Source: Candidatus Aenigmatarchaeota archaeon (GTDB taxonomy: Archaea; Aenigmatarchaeota; Aenigmatarchaeia; CG10238-14; WAMV01). Taken from it: a DNA stretch of 64,000 nucleotides. The stretch is from positions 15,470 through 79,469 of the forward strand of contig WAMV01000007.1 in the NCBI GenBank assembly GCA_015522145.1. Direction: 5' to 3'. How positions within the stretch are numbered: position 1 is the stretch's first letter; the number at the start of each line of letters is the position of its first letter. Both the position numbers and the translations under genes were made by a program. This document shows positions 28,949-37,343 of the stretch, one piece after another. The notes beneath the pieces were generated by a model, which was not told the origin of the DNA, did no database searches, and was given only the letters and a program-made list of their open reading frames with translations.

Positions 28949-29905
28949 ATGTGGTATATTAAGGCTAGAGAAGAAACTTTAGAAGAATTTGGAAAATCTC
29001 CTGAAGAAAGGAGTATAGGGGAGCTTATAGAATCTGCTGTAGTTATTGTTGATAAGCATGCAGGCCCCACAAGCCACCAAATAACGCAATGGACAAAAGA
29101 AATTTTTAACGCTAAAAAAGCTGGTCATGCTGGAACGCTGGACCCACAGGTAACAGGAGTTTTGCCTGTAGCTTTAAATGATGCAACAAAAGCTATGATA
29201 GTTTTGATGGGTCTGGATAAAGAGTATGTTGGAGTAATGCATCTACATAAAGAAGTTAGCGAAGGTGTTTTAAGGCAAGCCATGCAGAAATTTGTTGGAG
29301 AAATAATTCAAGTACCTCCAAAAAGGTCTGCTGTAGCAAGAAGACCTAGGAGAAAAAGAGTTTATGTATTTGATATAGTAGAAATGGAAGGAAAAGATGT
29401 TTTATTTTATGTTAAATGTGAAGCAGGCGTATATGTAAGGAAGTTAGTGCATGATTTGGGCCAAGCTCTAGGCATAGGTGCTCATATGACAGAGTTGAGA
29501 AGAACTAAAGCTGGTCATTTTGATGAAAAGCAAGCTAAGCCTTTAATCGAAATTAGAGATGCTTACGAAATTTGGAAAAGTGAAGGTGATGAAAGCATGT
29601 TAAAAGAAATTTTAATACCTATAGAGCATGCTATACCACATGTGAAAAAAGTGTTTGTTAAAGATACTGCTATAGCGCAAATATGTAATGGTGCCCCTGT
29701 TTACGCTAGTGGGCTCGTAAGAATACAAAAAGATATAAAGCCTGGTGAAATAGTCGGAATTTTTAGCTTAAAAAATGAATTGATTGCATTAGGCATAGCT
29801 AAAATGAGTGCAAAGGAAATGTACAATAAAAGTAGGGGAATTGCTGTAAGAACTGACAGGGTTATAATGAAAAAAGATGTTTACCCTGATTTCAGAAAAA
29901 AATAA
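28949..29905 (+). CDS. cbf5: tRNA/rRNA pseudouridine synthase Cbf5 (H/ACA RNP catalytic subunit)
   Basis: HAGTLDPQVTGVLPV TruB motif and C-terminal PUA domain. Confidence 0.85.
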   Translation: MWYIKAREETLEEFGKSPEERSIGELIESAVVIVDKHAGPTSHQITQWTKEIFNAKKAGHAGTLDPQVTGVLPVALNDATKAMIVLMGLDKEYVGVMHLHKEVSEGVLRQAMQKFVGEIIQVPPKRSAVARRPRRKRVYVFDIVEMEGKDVLFYVKCEAGVYVRKLVHDLGQALGIGAHMTELRRTKAGHFDEKQAKPLIEIRDAYEIWKSEGDESMLKEILIPIEHAIPHVKKVFVKDTAIAQICNGAPVYASGLVRIQKDIKPGEIVGIFSLKNELIALGIAKMSAKEMYNKSRGIAVRTDRVIMKKDVYPDFRKK

Positions 29906-29937
29906 AGTTTAAAAAATCAACCAAAGCAAATTAAAAT

Positions 29938-29967
29938 TAGTCTCAAGGTCTGATAGCAAGATGATGA
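29938..29967 (+). ncRNA. Box C/D-like guide element in the tRNA-Ser 5' leader: 12-nt guide, CUGA (D'), 7-nt spacer, AUGAUGA (C') K-loop
   Basis: 29938-29950 is a 13-bp complement (11 Watson-Crick, one G-U, one C-G) of 30013-30025, which covers anticodon stem, loop and intron start. The D'-N7-C' arrangement matches a K-loop. Confidence 0.35.
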
Positions 29968-29982
29968 GCACTGGCTTTGCAT

Positions 29983-30130
29983 GCCCGGGTGGCGGAACCA
30001 GGCTAACGCGCCGGCCTTGAGACTACCATGAGAATGTTGGCTTGACCCTGAAAAACATGATGATAAGGAGGTGAGTCGAGAAAGCCGGTGCCCCTTACGG
30101 GGCGTGTGGGTTCAAATCCCACCCCGGGCG
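29983..30130 (+). tRNA. tRNA-Ser (anticodon UGA) with ~61-nt intron at the canonical 37/38 position (30022-30082)
   Basis: The acceptor stem GCCCGGG/CCCGGGC, the T-arm GUGGG-UUCAAAU-CCCAC, the long variable arm and the anticodon loop CUUGAG^A were folded by hand. Discriminator G. No CCA encoded. Confidence 0.85.
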
Positions 30131-30171
30131 TAGAAATTTTAGCTATCTAAAGAAAGTTAAATTTAAATCTC

Positions 30172-30753
30172 GTGGAATTATATTTAATGGAAAAAATAAC
30201 CTGCAGCTATTGTGGCAGAAAGTTTGATAATGAAAATTCTTTAAAACAACATAAACAAGCCAAACACCCCAGCGAGTTCCAAAAAGAAATAGAAAACAAA
30301 ATTAAAGAGCATACACAAAGAAGGCAATTAATCAGCATAGCTAAGTATTCTGTAGCTCTTTTAATTCTAGCTATAGCAGCTTTTTACTTACCAACACTTA
30401 TCCAAATTAAGTATTACCCACCAACAACTATTGAGGGACATGTGGAAGCTTATCCTCCAGCTAGAGTTGTAAAAGAACCTATACCAGAACCTATACAAAA
30501 ACATATTCTGGAGCATGTACCGACTAGCTTTGGAAACAGACCTGGCGTTCTAATACAATATAATTGTGAAAAGTTTGATTGTGCTCCTGATTTAATTGTT
30601 AAACTGGAAAACTTGACAAGATTTTATGAGTATTTGTACGTTGCTCCCAATCCTAAGATAGATGCTAAAATTGCTCTAACAAAATTTGGACAGATATTAA
30701 TTTTGGATGATTATGACGAACAAAGAATAAGGGAATTTATAGAAAGTTTTTAA
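30172..30753 (+). CDS. Membrane-anchored protein with N-terminal cytoplasmic C2H2 zinc finger and His-rich extracytoplasmic domain
   Basis: CSYCGRKFDNENSLKQHKQAKH C2H2 finger, one TM, then EGHVEAY...QKHILEHV. 24 nt upstream of copB. Confidence 0.4.
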   Translation: MELYLMEKITCSYCGRKFDNENSLKQHKQAKHPSEFQKEIENKIKEHTQRRQLISIAKYSVALLILAIAAFYLPTLIQIKYYPPTTIEGHVEAYPPARVVKEPIPEPIQKHILEHVPTSFGNRPGVLIQYNCEKFDCAPDLIVKLENLTRFYEYLYVAPNPKIDAKIALTKFGQILILDDYDEQRIREFIESF

Positions 30754-30777
30754 GCAAATAAACTAAACTAATTTTAC

Positions 30778-32922
30778 ATGGAACATTCCCATCATGACCA
30801 TGCTCATCATATGGAAGAATTTAAGAAAAAATTCATTATAGCAACTATACTAACGATACCAGTTCTTTTACTTTCAGAAACTATACAGCTTTGGCTGGGC
30901 TTTAGCTTTCAAATTCCTTATCAAAAATATGTTGTTCTTGCTTTAAGCTCTATTATTTATTTCTACGCAGGAATGCCTTTCTTGAAAGGTAGTTATAATG
31001 AATTGAAGGCAAGACAGCCAGGCATGATGACACTTGTTGCAAGCGCTATAAGCGTAGCTTATTTTTACTCTGTTTTTGTTGTGTTTACTGGTAGAGGTAG
31101 GGAATTTTTCTGGGAGCTAGCAACGCTTATAGATGTGATGCTTCTAGGTCATTGGATTGAGGCTAAAAGTGTTTTAGGAGCAAGTAAAGCTTTAGAAGAA
31201 TTAGCAAAGTTGATGCCAACCTACGCTCATCTAATCAAAAATGGCGAAGTTGTGGATGTAAGTGTAGAAGAGTTAAAGGTTGGTGATATAGTTTTGGTTA
31301 AGCCTGGGGAAAAAATACCTAGCGATGGTGTTATCATAGAAGGTTCTTCTTTTGTAAATGAAGCTTTACTAACTGGCGAGTCCAAACCTGTTAGCAAAAA
31401 GGAAGGTGATAAAGTTATAGCTGGTTCTATTAATGGTGAAGGAAGTTTAAAAGTTAAGGTAGAAAAAACTGGAAAGGATATTTACCTTGCCCAAGTAATG
31501 GAACTTGTTAAGCAAGCTCAGCAAAGCAAAAGCAGAACGCAAGATTTAGCTAATAAAGCAGCTTCCCTGTTGTTTTATGTTGCATTAATTTCTGGTATTA
31601 TTACTTATTCTGTTTGGAGTTTCTACGGCATGCCAGATGCAGCATTGGAAAGGACAGTAACAGTTTTAGTAATTGCATGCCCTCATGCTCTTGGCCTGGC
31701 TATTCCTCTTGTCGTTGCAATTTCTACAGCTATAACAGCTAAGCAAGGAATACTAATAAGGAATAGAAAAGCATTTGAGGAAGTTAAGGATGTTGATGTT
31801 GTTGTTTTTGATAAAACTGGTACGCTAACTCTTGGAGAGCTAGAAGTTAGCGATGTCTGGAGTAAGATTGATGAGAAAGAATTGCTTAGCTATGCTGCAA
31901 GCCTAGAAGTTCATTCTGAGCATATTATCGGAAGGGCAATAGTTGATTATGCTAAGAAAAAAGGCATAGAAATTAAACAAGTTAATGAATTTAAAGCCAT
32001 TCCTGGAAAGGGAGTCTTTGGCATCATAGATGGTAAAGAGATTTATGTGGGAAGTGAGGAATTGTTAAAAGACCTGGAGCTCCAAGAAACAAACGAAAAA
32101 ATAAAAGAATGGCAGAGCAAAGGAAAATCTATAATTTTTGTTGTTGTTAATAAAGAAGTAGTTGGGGCATTTGCTTTGGAAGACAAAATAAGAGAAGAGT
32201 CTTTGCAAGCAGTTGAAAAACTTAAGGAAATAGGAATAAAAGTTTACATGATAACAGGAGATGCTGAGGAAGTTGCTAAAGATGTGGCTACAAGGCTAGG
32301 AATAGACAATTTCTTCGCTAGAGTATTACCAGATCAAAAAGCAAACAAAATAAAAGAACTTCAAGAAAAAGGCTATAAAGTTGCCATGGTTGGTGATGGT
32401 ATAAATGATGCTCCAGCCTTAATGCAGGCTGATGTTGGTATAGCTATTGGCGCTGGCACAGATGTGGCTATAGAAAGTGCCGACATAATATTAGTAAGAA
32501 ATAATCCTCTGGATGTTGTTAAAATAATTAAAATAGCTAGAAGTGTTTACTCTAAGATGGTTCAGAATTTATGGTGGGCAGCAGGCTATAACATTATTGC
32601 AATACCTTTAGCTGCAGGAATACTAGCTAATTATGGAATAATAATTTCTCCAGCCATAGGAGCTATTTTAATGTCTCTAAGCACCATAATAGTTGCAATA
32701 AATGCGCAAACATTAAGAAAATTGGAGCCAAAAACTGAGGTAAAGGAAGTGGTTTATAGGGATGTTGTGTGTGGTATGAATGCAGAAAACTCTGACATTA
32801 AGTTTGAGTATGAAAACATAGTTTACCACTTCTGTTCTGAAAACTGCTTAAAAGAATTTAAGAAAAATCCTAAAAAATACTTAAAGGGTGGTTCTGAGCA
32901 TATGCACGCCCATCATCATTGA
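30778..32922 (+). CDS. copB: Copper-exporting P1B-type ATPase (CopB-like) with N-terminal His-rich stretch and C-terminal YHS/TRASH domain
   Basis: MEHSHHDHAHHM, CPH transmembrane motif, DKTGTLT, GDGINDAPAL. C-terminal CGM...HFCSENC TRASH/YHS. Confidence 0.85.
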   Translation: MEHSHHDHAHHMEEFKKKFIIATILTIPVLLLSETIQLWLGFSFQIPYQKYVVLALSSIIYFYAGMPFLKGSYNELKARQPGMMTLVASAISVAYFYSVFVVFTGRGREFFWELATLIDVMLLGHWIEAKSVLGASKALEELAKLMPTYAHLIKNGEVVDVSVEELKVGDIVLVKPGEKIPSDGVIIEGSSFVNEALLTGESKPVSKKEGDKVIAGSINGEGSLKVKVEKTGKDIYLAQVMELVKQAQQSKSRTQDLANKAASLLFYVALISGIITYSVWSFYGMPDAALERTVTVLVIACPHALGLAIPLVVAISTAITAKQGILIRNRKAFEEVKDVDVVVFDKTGTLTLGELEVSDVWSKIDEKELLSYAASLEVHSEHIIGRAIVDYAKKKGIEIKQVNEFKAIPGKGVFGIIDGKEIYVGSEELLKDLELQETNEKIKEWQSKGKSIIFVVVNKEVVGAFALEDKIREESLQAVEKLKEIGIKVYMITGDAEEVAKDVATRLGIDNFFARVLPDQKANKIKELQEKGYKVAMVGDGINDAPALMQADVGIAIGAGTDVAIESADIILVRNNPLDVVKIIKIARSVYSKMVQNLWWAAGYNIIAIPLAAGILANYGIIISPAIGAILMSLSTIIVAINAQTLRKLEPKTEVKEVVYRDVVCGMNAENSDIKFEYENIVYHFCSENCLKEFKKNPKKYLKGGSEHMHAHHH

Positions 32923-33605
32923 AGGAACTGATTAATTACAGTCTCAAACGTTTGGTAAGGTTGAGCTCCAACTATTTTTACACCATTTATGAAGAATGTT
33001 GGTGTTCCTTGGACACCGTAGCTTACACCATCTTGATAATCTTTTTGTACTTCTTGAGCATATTTGCCAGAATCTAAGCAGGAGCTAAATTGCTCCAAAT
33101 CCAAACCAAGTTCTGCAGCGTAGTCTTTGAATTTTTGAACTCCCTGAGTTGACCATTCAGATTGTCTTTCAAACAATATGTCGTGGTATTCCCAATACTT
33201 ACCCTGCTCTCCAGCACACTCTGCTGCCTCAGCAGCTTTTTGAGCATATTGGTGGAAGTTTAAAGGAAAGTCTCTATAAACAAGTTTGACCTTGCCTGTA
33301 TCTATGAAATTTTGTTTGATTAAAGGCAATGTTTGTTGCCAGAATCTCCTACAGAATGGGCATTGGTAATCGCTAAACTCTATGATGGTTACAGGAGCGT
33401 TTGGATCGCCTAGCACAGGATCGTCATCAGCACTAACTTGAACTCGAGTAGGCTGTTGTTTAGGCACTTCTTTAGGAATCGCTTGATCTGCTGTGTCTGT
33501 GGGTGTTTCTGTGGGTGTTAATTGAGAGTATATACTAAAAGTCGCAACTAGATTAATAGCCACTAATATTGTTAAGACTATTAACAAAGTTTCATAGCGT
33601 CTCAT
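32916..33605 (-). CDS. DsbA-like thioredoxin-fold thiol:disulfide oxidoreductase (membrane-anchored)
   Basis: CPFC active site, N-terminal TM anchor. Confidence 0.7.
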   Translation of the reverse strand: MRRYETLLIVLTILVAINLVATFSIYSQLTPTETPTDTADQAIPKEVPKQQPTRVQVSADDDPVLGDPNAPVTIIEFSDYQCPFCRRFWQQTLPLIKQNFIDTGKVKLVYRDFPLNFHQYAQKAAEAAECAGEQGKYWEYHDILFERQSEWSTQGVQKFKDYAAELGLDLEQFSSCLDSGKYAQEVQKDYQDGVSYGVQGTPTFFINGVKIVGAQPYQTFETVINQFLQ

Positions 33606-33642
33606 AAATTAAATATGGGGAAGGATTTATAATTGTTATTTA

Positions 33643-34332
33643 ATGTTCAACAAACACAACTTGTTAAAAATATTATTTGTAACCATATTACTAATGGTTT
33701 TTCCTTTGTACGTCCAGAATGCTATATGGTTATGGCAAAACACAGATTTGCTGATAGTGAATAACTGGCTTCTTGTTGTTTTTTACGTTTTTCTATTTTT
33801 GTTAATATTGATGTTTTTAAGACCGGATAAAAATAAGGGCATGTGGAAAAAGGTCAAGGGAGTTTATGTTGCCTACATAGTTGCTTTGTTTACAGAAATG
33901 TTTGGAATACCTCTAACTTTATACTTCTTTTCTTTTTCTTTCGCGAATTTTGAGCCTGTTGAAACTCTGTTTGCGTTAGAGTTTGAATTTATGGGTAGTA
34001 AGATGAGATTATTAGCAACCAGTGCCATAGCTGGTGTAATTAGCTTGCTATCTGCTATAATCATAGCTATTGCATGGAAGCAAATTTATAACGCTAAAGG
34101 AAAGTTAGTTACTGATGGTATTTACCGATTTTCCAGACATCCTCAATACTTCGCTCTTATTCTAATCATTGCCTTCTGGACAATGGCATGGCCGACTGTT
34201 TTAACTATAACCTTGGGTACGATTTTGATTGTAAGCTATGTATGGTTAGCAAAGCAAGAAGAAAAGGAGCTTGAAAAGATTTTTGGTAAGAAATATTTAA
34301 GGTATAAAAAAACTGTTCCAATGTTTATTTAA
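33643..34332 (+). CDS. Isoprenylcysteine carboxyl methyltransferase (ICMT/PEMT) family membrane methyltransferase
   Basis: LVTDGIYRFSRHPQYFA and EEKELEKIFGKKYLRYKKTVPMFI motifs. Confidence 0.6.
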   Translation: MFNKHNLLKILFVTILLMVFPLYVQNAIWLWQNTDLLIVNNWLLVVFYVFLFLLILMFLRPDKNKGMWKKVKGVYVAYIVALFTEMFGIPLTLYFFSFSFANFEPVETLFALEFEFMGSKMRLLATSAIAGVISLLSAIIIAIAWKQIYNAKGKLVTDGIYRFSRHPQYFALILIIAFWTMAWPTVLTITLGTILIVSYVWLAKQEEKELEKIFGKKYLRYKKTVPMFI

Positions 34333-34452
34333 TGGCATGCTTTATTATCTCTAAATTGCAGGAATTGTGTTCTCTACACCATTCTTCACATTTCTGAGCT
34401 AACTCAAAAGATTTATATTTATTAGAACATTCTTCACAAACAAATATGCCAT

Positions 34453-34962
34453 TTATCTCCTTGACCGTTTTATCCTCCTCTTTCTCCTAACCACCTTAGT
34501 TGTTCTAGCAGGCTTGGAACTGCTCATTGCAACAATTAGTATGAGGAGTAATAAAAATAAGAAGAAAAACATTCCAAAATACCAGAATCCCATACCCCAG
34601 CCCCAATATGGATACATCATCATACCACCCATCATGCCATAAGTTCCATAGTTGTTTACTCCTTCAAAAGTATATTGATTTTCCCCACAATATATTCTCC
34701 TAGCCATCAGTATATGCATTTGTCTTAAGCTTTCAGAGCCTTCGCCTCCCATCATCTGATCCATTATTTCATGAGCTTGGCCGGGATGCATTAATTCCAT
34801 GTAATAATCGCCTATAGCCTCAAGCTGCTCATCTGTAAGCTGAGAGCAGGGTACTTGCTGATTTATTATTTGTTCTATCTCAGTTACGTTCGCATCCGTA
34901 TGAGCAAAAACACTAGGTAGAATAGTTAAAAGTACCACCAATGTTATTGCGATTCTTTTCAT
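34453..34962 (-). CDS. Secreted Met/His-rich protein with C-terminal TM anchor, putative metal (Cu) binding
   Basis: Signal peptide, then HPGQAHEIMDQMMGG and MMGGMMMY Met clusters. C-terminal TM plus basic tail. Confidence 0.4.
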   Translation of the reverse strand: MKRIAITLVVLLTILPSVFAHTDANVTEIEQIINQQVPCSQLTDEQLEAIGDYYMELMHPGQAHEIMDQMMGGEGSESLRQMHILMARRIYCGENQYTFEGVNNYGTYGMMGGMMMYPYWGWGMGFWYFGMFFFLFLLLLILIVAMSSSKPARTTKVVRRKRRIKRSRR

Positions 34963-34994
34963 TTTAACATCACCTTGATGCTTAATACTTTATT

Positions 34995-35459
34995 TTAGGC
35001 CCTTATAAAGGTAAATATGTTGCTGCCATCATAAGCATATATGGTAAACAAAGAGGTTTTAATTCCGGACATTCCTGGTGAGCCAGGAGGCATTCCAGGC
35101 AATGCTATTCCTTTTATGTTTGGTTTTTCCTCAAGTAATTTATTTATGGCTTCTATAGGCACATGACCCTCAACAAAATAATTGCCTATTTTAACAGTGT
35201 GACATGACCAAAGATTTTGGGGAATTCCTAGTTCTGTTTTTATTTGGACTAGTTGTGCTTCATTAACCTCTACAGAGTTTACTTGCAATCCAAAACCTCT
35301 TAAATAATTTTCATAAAGCTTGCAACATCCACATGTTGGCGAATAATATATCGTAATCGTATCAGAATAATTTGCTACAGGTCTAAAGAATTGAAATGAA
35401 AACATTACAGCCAAAAATATCAAGATTCCTAATGCTGCATATAGGGTTTTGTCTTTCAT
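34995..35459 (-). CDS. CopG/DUF411-like periplasmic metal-binding protein
   Basis: YYSPTCGCC motif matching the CxCC signature I recall for CopG/DUF411. Signal anchor. Confidence 0.5.
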   Translation of the reverse strand: MKDKTLYAALGILIFLAVMFSFQFFRPVANYSDTITIYYSPTCGCCKLYENYLRGFGLQVNSVEVNEAQLVQIKTELGIPQNLWSCHTVKIGNYFVEGHVPIEAINKLLEEKPNIKGIALPGMPPGSPGMSGIKTSLFTIYAYDGSNIFTFIRA

Positions 35460-35932
35460 TCTTTACAGCACTCCAGCATCTTTTTCAGTATTTTTACAAA
35501 ATTTCTGTTTGAAAATCCTATTTTTTCTGATTTAAATTTCTTCAGGTTTAACTGCCAAAACAATGAATAAAGGTAAAATGCGTCCTCAAAAGCCTCTTTG
35601 GCCATTTTCTCATTTCCTTTGGAAAGGTACTTGTTACCTGTTTCTATTAGACGCATAGATGCTGCTAAAAGATGTTTAGAAATACACCAAACCTCGCCTT
35701 CTGGATCTTTTACTATTTCTTTCATAAACTTCTTTCTTATCTTTCTAACATTTTCTATAAGGTCTAAGTAAATTTTCTTATTTGTTTTTATGGCGGTAAA
35801 GAAAAGATGTTCCTCTATAGATATCAAATTCATTAACCCAATGCTTAAGTCTTCTTCTAGCGATAGGTCTTTCATCTCTTTCATTTTGTTAACTTTTTCA
35901 AGCAATTCCTTAGCGTTTTTAGCTCTTTTCAT
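35456..35932 (-). CDS. Hypothetical cytoplasmic protein
   Basis: 158 aa, no family recognised. Confidence 0.35.
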   Translation of the reverse strand: MKRAKNAKELLEKVNKMKEMKDLSLEEDLSIGLMNLISIEEHLFFTAIKTNKKIYLDLIENVRKIRKKFMKEIVKDPEGEVWCISKHLLAASMRLIETGNKYLSKGNEKMAKEAFEDAFYLYSLFWQLNLKKFKSEKIGFSNRNFVKILKKMLECCKE

Positions 35933-35935
35933 TTT

Positions 35936-36406
35936 TCACCACCAAAACAAAAACAATATGCTAACCAAGGTTAGTGTTAAAAGTGTTATAACAATAGATT
36001 GGTAGCCTATTTTTTTGGGAAGTGATTTTGCAACATTAAGCACTAATAAAGTTAGAATAGCACCTATCAGGATGGATAAAGTAAGCCTGTCTATCCCAAA
36101 AATCATATGATAAGAAACTATACCCGCATAATAGAATGGAATTATTGTCAAGCCCAAAGCTAGGAAAACTAATAAAACTGTTAATCCTGGATTTTCGTTT
36201 TTGTTTATTACTCTGTCCATCCATAATGCCGTTGAAATTATAAAAGCTCCTAACCACAAACCAACTATAGAATCATTAACACCATAAAATCTTGCAACCA
36301 TTACAGCTGTGCCAGTAGCAGCTGTGCACAATGGACAGTGAGCTAAGCTTGGTTGAGCTAAAAGCGTGCTCATCATTATTGCAAAAACAATTAAAGCAAT
36401 TTTCAT
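35936..36406 (-). CDS. Membrane protein with signal peptide and N-terminal HCPLC motif
   Basis: Likely start at the internal ATG at 36406 (MKIALIVF...LAQPSLA|HCPLC). Three to four TM segments. Confidence 0.4.
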   Translation of the reverse strand: MKIALIVFAIMMSTLLAQPSLAHCPLCTAATGTAVMVARFYGVNDSIVGLWLGAFIISTALWMDRVINKNENPGLTVLLVFLALGLTIIPFYYAGIVSYHMIFGIDRLTLSILIGAILTLLVLNVAKSLPKKIGYQSIVITLLTLTLVSILFLFWW

Positions 36407-36456
36407 GATAAAAAAGTGGTGTGAAACAACTTTTAAGGGTTGGTGTGAAACTAGTT

Positions 36457-36912
36457 TCACTTGGCTATTATTAGATTTGTCATACCTCTCCTTTTTCTTT
36501 CTATGAGGCCTTTTGCTTCCAAGCTGTCAAGGATTCTGGTAACTTTAGATTTGGAAAACCCTGTTTCTTTTATAATTTCGGATTGAAAAATTGCATTGCC
36601 AGACTTTTTTATTAGCCCAAAAACCTTTTTCTCATCTGGATTGAGCTTTGCTAGCTGCTTCTTCAGCTTTAAGGAAGGTGAGGTAAGAAGCAAATAAAAG
36701 CCTAAAGCTCCCAAAAGTGTGGAGATTGTTATACCTAAGTAAGTTTGTGGTGGAATGTAATCTTCATGAGGACAAGCACTTGCATTTGCATTGCAAACAT
36801 CTTCACAAATTTGAGAGGAGTAATAAACAATGCTACTGGTTGTAACATAAGTAAAGTAAAGAGTTATTAGGGCCATTACCATTAAAGTGTAGCCCAAAAT
36901 TGTGTTTTTCAT
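36457..36912 (-). CDS. Membrane-tethered winged-helix transcriptional regulator with Cys-rich extracytoplasmic loop
   Basis: TM1, then CEDVCNANASACPHEDY, then TM2, then a wHTH (IFQSEIIKETGFSKSKVTRILDSLEAKGLIERKRRG). Confidence 0.5.
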   Translation of the reverse strand: MKNTILGYTLMVMALITLYFTYVTTSSIVYYSSQICEDVCNANASACPHEDYIPPQTYLGITISTLLGALGFYLLLTSPSLKLKKQLAKLNPDEKKVFGLIKKSGNAIFQSEIIKETGFSKSKVTRILDSLEAKGLIERKRRGMTNLIIAK

Positions 36913-36934
36913 AATGTGTATTTTAAGGTTTGAT

Positions 36935-37258
36935 TTAAATTTTTTTCCAAACTGCTACTATTCCAGCTATTAAGAATGTGATAGCTAAAGGAAGAATGAT
37001 GAAGCCTGTGAATGGAGAAATTATTAGGAGGAATAAGGCGTAGATTAGTGTTATAGCTCCAACTACCCTCATCCACTTCTGCAAATAAAGCAAAACAACA
37101 AAAATTATGCCTATGCCTGTAAACAAATAGCTTATTAGCGCAATACCAGCAAAAATAACACCTATTAAGCCTAGATCCTTAAAAGCAAAGAAAAAGGTTG
37201 AAAGCGCTAATTGAATTATTATTCCTATAGCAGCTATTATCCAGCTGCCTTTTTTCAT
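36935..37258 (-). CDS. Small polytopic membrane protein
   Basis: 107 aa, three TM. Confidence 0.4.
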   Translation of the reverse strand: MKKGSWIIAAIGIIIQLALSTFFFAFKDLGLIGVIFAGIALISYLFTGIGIIFVVLLYLQKWMRVVGAITLIYALFLLIISPFTGFIILPLAITFLIAGIVAVWKKI

Positions 37259-37343
37259 TAAAGGAAATTTAAAATTGGGGTATATTTAACTTTTACGGAA
37301 ATTTTTATATCTTGCTAATTTGCCTATTAAATAAGGTGAAACT

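Noticed and set aside
29881-29937. Canonical terminal box C (RUGAUGA) upstream of the leader guide
   Set aside because: Only a weak CUGAUUU is present, so the leader element is described as a D'/C' K-loop guide, not a complete C/D sRNA.
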